This document shows, piece after piece, positions 56,640 through 64,000 of a stretch of 64,000 nt of DNA. The stretch is from Selaginella moellendorffii. Its lineage: Eukaryota > Plantae > Lycopodiophyta. Within the stretch, counting starts at the first letter, position 1, and each line of letters begins with the position of its first letter. Location: contig NW_003314266.1 of NCBI RefSeq assembly GCF_000143415.4, positions 1,944,463 to 2,008,462 of the forward strand, written 5' to 3'. The translations under genes and the position numbers were made by a program. The notes under the pieces were generated by a model. That model saw only the letters and a program-made list of their open reading frames with translations, made no database searches and was not told where the DNA came from.

Positions 56640-57959
56640 AAGTATGCAATCAAAATTGTTGTAGAAATTCTATATTTTTCGAAGGGTTTGCTGTCAATCC
56701 TCCAGTCTGCGACACCATTGTTGTTGGATTCAAGTGTCAATTCTGCAAAAATGTTCCTCTATGTCGTGCTATCTGCAAAGCCAAGATGTACTACTTTCTT
56801 CCATGAGATAGAGTGGGTAGAAGAGCTGAAATATATGTTGGCACACACATGCATCCAATGCAAGAAGGGATACAAAAGAGTTTTCTCAACCGTTTCAAAG
56901 ATGTTGTGTAAAAAGAGACTATGAGAAACTCATTTGCAACTCCAAAGTATGTTCAGAAGACCATCCTCAAAAATTTAATCACAAACACCTTACTCAATTC
57001 AGGTTGCCAAAAGACTCAACTAAACAAGGCTAGTTTGCGGGACTTACTACGAGGAGTACAACTTGCTACTAGCCTAAGGAGGTACATCCGTTATACTTCA
57101 TATGTTATAATAATATCTTTTTTTTTACATTATATTGTTTAAGATAAAATCTTGGATGTGTGAATCTTGAGAGGGAAAGTTGCAATAAAAAATTGACTCC
57201 ATCCTTGAATTGAAATGGACCTCTCCATATGAGTTCATCCACAGAAGTTTGTTTCCCCCTTCATTTTTAAAATGTCTATGTTTTCATAGGCTATATTGTA
57301 ACTTGACAATTGCAACAGCAGAATTTAAAGTACAAGACCAAACAACTCAGGAAATATTTTGGAAGTCCCTCTCTAATATTATCCTAAAGTGGACTGATAA
57401 GCCTACAAACTTTCGCAGTTTCATAGTAGATGGGGCTACTGCAAACTAGAATAATGTCCAAGCAGTTTTTGGGAATGGTCAACCATTGGAAAGTTAAGAG
57501 AGGACTTGTGAGTTCTATTGGGCTCAAAGCATAAACCAGCATTACCACCTTATCAAGCTAGAGTTGCAAACAATGTTAAGTTGCACCTTCTAAAGAAGAG
57601 CATGAGGCAAAAGCAAATAAGATCCAAATATGGTGGTGTGAAGATGGCCATACGAACATAAGTTGTCTATCACAACTTTGAGTTATGGTTAGGGTGGTGG
57701 GAAGTTAGGATATTCCAGTGGGGATATCACTCTTTTCAGGTTTGTTTCTATTTTTTCTTTTCATTTTATTACCTTTTAATAATGCCTTTTCCATTAAGAT
57801 CACCCTCTTGAAGACCTCACATACACCTTAATTGTGAATCTCTCTGAAAGTAAGCACTAGAGTTGGCATTCCTCTAAGGTAGAGAAAGGGAAGATGAATC
57901 TATAAGCAACCTGCCTATCAAATTTGATACACACTATAGAGCAATCTTCAAAAGTGCTG
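56640..57959 (+). mobile_element. MULE transposase remnant inserted into the duplicated RLK exon
   Basis: Splits gcgatccac|acgatt of the RLK copy. Translates as PTNFRSFIVDGATAN*NNVQAVFG...ERTCEFYWAQS (MULE core D...CxxHW-like) and ELWLGWWEVRIFQWG. Confidence 0.7.
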
Positions 57960-59269
57960 ACGATTCTACTCTTGAGCGTGAGCATTGCCCCAACTTGATC
58001 CGATCCATCAAAACCACAGCAAAGAAAACAGAGCACGATCCCAGCACCGCGGTGAGGATCTGGCACGAGGAAGAACACGGTCAGCGGCGCACTCATCCGT
58101 GTGATTCACAGCAGATGCCCGGCTTGGGCATTTTGACCAGTGATCTTTTCTCTTGTGGGTCCAGCGATCCCAAACCTCTTTAAAAATCCTATGCAGATTG
58201 ATCACGACTACGATGTGATTCCCGGCGCAGATATTCAAAATTTTGGAGACGCAGACGCCTCTTTTCCTTTCCGCCCTTTTCTCTCTGCAAGAAAGATAGC
58301 AGCAGCGAGGGGTTCGCTTCACAAACAGCTGCAGCGCTCGAACGGGACCCTCTTGCAAAAAAAGGAAAAAAAAAAAACTCGCTCCACGAAAGATGAAAGA
58401 AACGTGGCTTCTTCTTCGTCTCTCACGAAACCAATGTTACCTAGGCTATCACATCAGCTCAGCCACAAATCAGCTACAATTTCTTGGAGGATCTTCCCAA
58501 CTATCACCATTGGTACTCTCTAAGTAGCTCCATAGCTAGCCTCGTCTATCTACAACTTCGAAAGATCTATACCACATCACCCAAAAGATCAATCCATTCG
58601 GCGTCATTAGATCTGTCTCCATCCAGCTACCAAGCTCATCTCAAATGCAAGCGATTCCGCCCCAAAAAGGAGCAGTGAAAGCAACTGCCAGATCAACCAT
58701 CGATCGATCGCATTTTTTTAAGGGAAGATTTACACTGGACTAATTAACTCCGGCACGCGTAGTTCTTCCTCGATTACACGCAAATTCCTGGTGTGGTGTC
58801 TCTCCAAAGTCCCAATTAAACAACATACCCAAAGTGCTTCGTGCTGTGCATGTTGTTCCCCGTGTTGCGCAAACAATGATTCAAAATCGTCGTGTATGGT
58901 GTCTGTTTGGAGGAATAATAAAATAGAAATAGTCGGAGGGAATCCTTCCAGAATCGAGAGTCCGCTTTGCCATTTGTTCGGTTGCGTTGAGTCAGAGTTG
59001 GACTTTTTTATTTAAGAGCTTGGTCAAAGCTTGTGCAGGTGTGCTAAGCTACAGAGCCTTTGGACGTTTCCCTTGTTTGGTTTGCTTGGCTGCTAGCTCC
59101 GGTATAGATTTGGATAAATTCCGTTCAGTCTCTAGAAAAAAAGCTGGAATAAGAAACTTTTTTAACGATATCAACAAGAATTATACACTTACATCCAGTA
59201 TTTCTGTATGTTCTCTTTTGTCGAAAGAAAGTTGTCATATACGGTTCTCTTGTTGGAGGCATCAGCGTT

Positions 59270-59776
59270 AAAATTTTATGGAAAAAATTTCATCCACAAA
59301 TAAATAAATTGCTACGCATTGCATGTAGCAACGCTTGGTTTGCTTAATGGTAGTTTTATTATTACTTATTAATCTAATTGATCAAATAAAGTTTATAATT
59401 ATAAGCATGTTAGTAATTTATAAACACAAGATTAATCTTATTGCATATCAACCATTAGATAATAGAATAAAAAAGAATATACTAGAAAGGGTTTAGGAAA
59501 GTTTATAAATTATAAACATGTTTATAAATTATAAATACCAGATTAATCTAAATGAATACCAACCGTTAGATGGTAGAATATCCAAGCATATTCTAGGTAT
59601 ATTCACTACCATCCCAGTCCCCCTATAGGTTTGCTTAAGCAAACCAAAAATAATGTATGCTCTAATTTCCATATAATGGATTTTTAATAGTCAGTATAAA
59701 CATATGAAAAAATATTATAAAACACTGGAATTATTTAAATATATTTATGTACAATTATTATTCAACTGTGGGAATA
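59270..59776. mobile_element. 507-bp AT-rich non-autonomous insertion (MITE/Helentron-like)
   Basis: Absent from the paralogous site (cagc-gtt-gtctg at 53876-53887) and flanked by GTT on both sides. Internal 13-bp inverted repeats at 59335-59347 and 59635-59647. Confidence 0.7.
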
Positions 59777-61462
59777 GTTGTCTGTTCCACAATGATAAAT
59801 CAACTGGTGCTAATATTTTTCTCTAGACTGTTTAAGGCGGCAATGTATGACGGTGTCAGTTTGTTCAAATTCATCGTGGTCTACATCACGAGGTCTTTGC
59901 TTTACATTCTTGTGTTTTGGCCATCGCTGCTCCACCGTTTGGATTGCCCTCATGGGATCAAACGCTGCAATTGTCTAGGCGGTTGTCTACACGGGGCTGG
60001 TTCATGTCTACATGCTGCAGTCTCCCCATGAAATCCTAATCGTTTGTCACCAGAAGCAAGCTGTGCGACAAGAGAAGGCCATTGAAGCTTTGAGGGAGTT
60101 TGATGAGGCAACAGGTTACTTTACCGTAAAATCTGAAGAGCCTCAAGAAACTTGAAGATCAAGGACTACGATGAAAGAATGAATATTTATCTTACTTTTA
60201 ATTCCAATATGAATGGATGGAATGAATATTAATTCCATTGCCTCCAAGCTTCTTCACGATCTTACGACTGTTAGTCTTCTGGATGATTTTGCTGATGCTC
60301 GCATTCTTTCTCAAGTGATCCTCTAGGAGTGACCTTCTCTTGTCTTTAAAGATCTAGACTATGCATTGCTAGGTGAGTTCTCTTGTAACACTACACTAAA
60401 CTGCGGGGATTGATGTCTTGTAACCATAAGCATGGCAGGCTGATTGTAAGGAACATCAATGATTTACATGTGGTTCCATATGGGGTAATGAAGCAAGGAT
60501 CACTATTGCAATACCATTGTATGCATCACTGAAAACAGTATTGTGATCCATTTGCTGGTTATATTTTTCTTTGATTATCAACTACCTTGGAAAATGGGCT
60601 TTCACAGGGATTAGTGATACCACCAACATACATCTAAGTAGCAATACGGTTTACAGAAAATTGCATGATCCATCGCTGCTCCGAGCTTACACTGCATGGA
60701 CAACTGGGAATGGGGTGTAACATGATTATGACAGTAGACAAGGCTTCCTGTCAGACAGGTGAGTTCAAATGGAGTAATATGTTAGAAAAACATTTTTGTG
60801 TATTGTAAGTAGCAAAACATGGTTTATTTAATCAGTTTTTCTAATTATTTAAAAACCAGAATACTAATTGCATTAAAAAAACTTCAGGTAATAAATATTA
60901 AAAGGTCTAATAATATAAGTTATGTGAATTTTTTAAAATATATGTAAGCTAAATTAGTAAATATTTATAAAAAATATTAATAAGTAATATTTAAATTATG
61001 AACATATAAAGATAAGTGCATTGTTTTAGATGCAAGCATGCAATAATTGTAAAAGAAAAAAATTTAGTTGATAAATAATACAAAGTATATGAAATTTTTA
61101 ATTTTCTAGGCTAGATATATTATATTTTAATAATTAGCAGATTTTTAAAAATAAATTATGTATTAAAATAATAATTTTTTTAGCTAAAACAGATAAATAT
61201 GAAATTTTTTTAATAATTATTATGGATCTTATCAGTTGTAATTTATACTAGAATAATTTTAGCAATATCTAATATTATTTATTTTATTACAGGTAAAAAC
61301 ATATTTTTTTTGTATTATTTCAAGTAAATAAATTAAAAACTACCAAGAAGTGAAAAAGATGAGATTTGGCAAATGATTTCAATCCTAAATGAGTTAATTA
61401 AAGTTGTAGATAAAAATAATATTGTTATAAGATTCATAATTTCCATATCTAAAGAGTTAAGA

Positions 61463-61484
61463 ATTATTATTATTATTATTATTA
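61463..61484. repeat. (ATT)n microsatellite
   Basis: attattattattattattatt run. Confidence 0.85.
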
Positions 61485-64000
61485 TATGATCTTTATACAG
61501 ATTTTTACCCCTACTAGCAAGATCCTAGCTCTACTGGGACAATTAAATGTTTTATGATTGAAATTGTTCCTTTAGAATTTTTGAGTCCCTACTTTCTATA
61601 GTGGTTTTACAAGTGGTGAGTTGTGAAATGGATAGTGATCAAACACTAAACCATTTTACTTAAGCTTGGTAATGACAGGCTTGAGTTGCAATGGTTAATT
61701 CTTTTCCAAGGAACCTTGTTATTGAATTTCTTAGAACTCACTTAGGCTCTTTAATATGTAACAATATTTTTGTTTGAATTTAATCTTTTTCTTCTTTCAT
61801 GAGTGCATATTTAGTCCTATTGTAACATGTTAGTCCTAGTTCAATTCTAACATTATTTTTGCATTTAAGAAAAGAGTTGATTATCAATAGAAGATTAAGC
61901 TTACTATGAAGAAAAATAGACATACAAAGGCCTAACCAATAGCAATAGGGAAATTTGATTGCTCATAGCCAGCAACTTTCATCAAAGAGAAAAGTTTATC
62001 ATATTCAATAGTGACTTTTTTCTACTACATTATGTGAATTAAAACACATGTGCACTATTAAGAGTTCTAAAGTGCCAATCCCACCAATAGTAAGAGAGCA
62101 ACTCTAGGGCCACAAGGTTGCACAAATAGTCAATTTTGTAATTGTCAAAAAATGAATTCATCCATTTCATCTACTTTTAGAATCACATGTTACTGTTCTT
62201 TACCCTTGTTAAACTTCCATAAGCTTGCTGCAAATAATTATCAAACAAAGCTGATGTAGTAGCAGTAGCTTAGGTGAATGGGTATTTATGATTGCATTAT
62301 TTGATAAATGGATATATAGTGAAAGTAGTTTTTTTTCTTGCAAGTTTCTTATAACTGCAAGATAAATCATATAACTATTTTAATAGCATGCATAAGATTA
62401 GAATGGAATCCACATACCAGTGTCAAGACCAAGTATGTAAAACCTAAGTTTCTCCATGTCTTGGTATTTTTTGAGCTTGCTGCAAATCTTGAGATTAAAA
62501 ATCTTCAAACAAATACCATCAATGTGAAAAGATAATTCTCATCTCATATTGTAGTTAGTTCCTTGGCTGGCAATCCTATGATTTCTTATTTAGCCTTTTG
62601 AAATGCAACAACGTACATATGACTGCTATTATCCTCTATACACATCTTTAGAGCATACTTGAACTCCATCTACATTGTCTCAAGATTGCAAGAGCTGTAA
62701 AACTAGCCATCTACTGTTTAGGTAGCCTTTTGTCACATTGTTGTTCATTCATAAGATTGATATATGTTTAGTGTGGCATACAGGCTCGTGTAAATAGAAT
62801 ATAATCATGCATTTGGGCATTTGGATTATATTCTAATTGCTCTTTGGCTTGTGTAGATAGAAGCAATGTCAAGTTATGTTAGTGAAAGTCAAGCTCATAT
62901 ATCCAGTAATGACTATAGCCAGTAGTAGTCACTTGTTCATCCAATAACTTCATATTTACTAGTGGCCAACAAGAGGAATTCATATTTCCAAGATTTAATA
63001 AGGTACTATTGCCATTGTTGGAAAACATAGAACCTAAACCACCAGGTGATCTAAGGCAAGAAAGTAATTGATATAGAGTGACCACCACAATTCCTATGAG
63101 CCTGTTGCATGGTTGGAGCTTGTTAACAATGACATTATTCATAACCAAAAGAATTGAAAAGCAAGGTAAGGAACAATGGTCAAGAGGCATTAGAGATATT
63201 GAAGCTCTAATGAAAAAGAGGCTAAAGTTTCCATTCTCTATCTGTAGGAAATTTTGATATTTGATGGATTCTCTAACAATTTCCTCAAAAGACTTTATTC
63301 ACTAGCTAATACCTAGTTGAAAACTTGCACCCTCAAAGCTTAAATGCATTGCTCATTTTCTTGAGTCCTTTCAATTCCATATCCTTGTGATCAAGGCACT
63401 TATAAGCTTGCTTAGTCCTTGATTCCTGGACAAAGAAAACATCAATGTCTATAAAAAAATGGCAAAAGTAGCCTCTAGCTTTAGAAGGAAAACTTGTTCT
63501 TTCTTTTGAATAGAAGGTTTTAATGCAAAAGTGTTGCAAATATGATTGTAGGTATTAAAAGTTATCTATTAGCGAGTCCTTTTGGAAATTTTTTCTTTAT
63601 TACCATGACGGCAAGAGGTTGGTATTGTTGGACCCTTTATCAGCTCCACCCAAATTAATTGAGAAACTAATTTTCACATGTGCACTTGGCTAGAAGAATA
63701 TAAGGGCAAAATTCCTAAATGTTATTAATCAACTATATATGACTTAATTAGAGAAACTCATTTGTTAACTTGCACTTGCTTTTAGATTTGCTAGTAAAGC
63801 ATATATACAAAATATAAAGATTATCCTGAATACAATAATATTGTTTCCATGTCAAAATTTGAATTTTCATGATTATCCCAGAAACTAACTCTTGGGATTG
63901 GGGTTAAAGCCCAAAGCCCAAGGCATGCATCTGTCAAGACCCCCAACAAGATCAAGACTGGAAAATGCTAAAGACAAAGAGAAAAAGCTAGTGAAAACAA

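Larger units (their letters stand above)
56507..60321 (-). pseudogene. Tandem partial duplicate of the LRR-RLK 5' end and upstream region (pseudogene)
   Basis: 56507-56639 matches 47577-47731, 57960-58990 matches 47730-48795, and 59063-60321 matches 53627-54462. The RLK part is truncated, carries deletions and is split by an insertion. Confidence 0.9.

Noticed and set aside
62879-63650. Possible LINE reverse-transcriptase relic (GDLRQ, LALEGKLVL)
   Set aside because: Too degenerate to support by eye.

Overview
Gene-dense eukaryotic plant nuclear DNA. Very short (about 45-100 nt) GT-AG introns, tiny intergenic gaps, PLS-class PPR genes and LRR-RLKs point to a compact-genome non-seed land plant, most likely the lycophyte Selaginella (inference). 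Bases 1-48 kb hold tRNA-Arg(CCT), a U2 snRNA gene with its own USE/TATA promoter, and about 17 protein genes: FAD oxidoreductase, two PPRs, RHON1-like, SPG1/TEM1 GTPase, Gnk2/DUF26 secreted protein, a PAS-receiver protein, TIO/Fused kinase, glutamate dehydrogenase, TAF1A-like, an RLK, a YTH m6A reader, GDSL lipase, ERMP1, SNU13-like and a HAESA-like LRR-RLK. Several degenerate pseudogenes lie at 2.6-8 kb. Bases 48-64 kb are a decayed tandem duplication of the LRR-RLK 5' region, with independent MULE/SWIM, chromovirus and MITE-like insertions and a 100-N assembly gap. Most notable: (1) an intact 11-exon, 537-aa helix-PAS-linker-receiver gene with no histidine kinase core; (2) an animal/ciliate-type GDH with an antenna segment; (3) a divergent U2 snRNA with compensatory base changes; (4) an intronless, highly diverged SNU13 paralogue; (5) a near-perfect 39-41 bp hairpin. 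All exon models and family calls were made by eye from sequence motifs; no searches were run.
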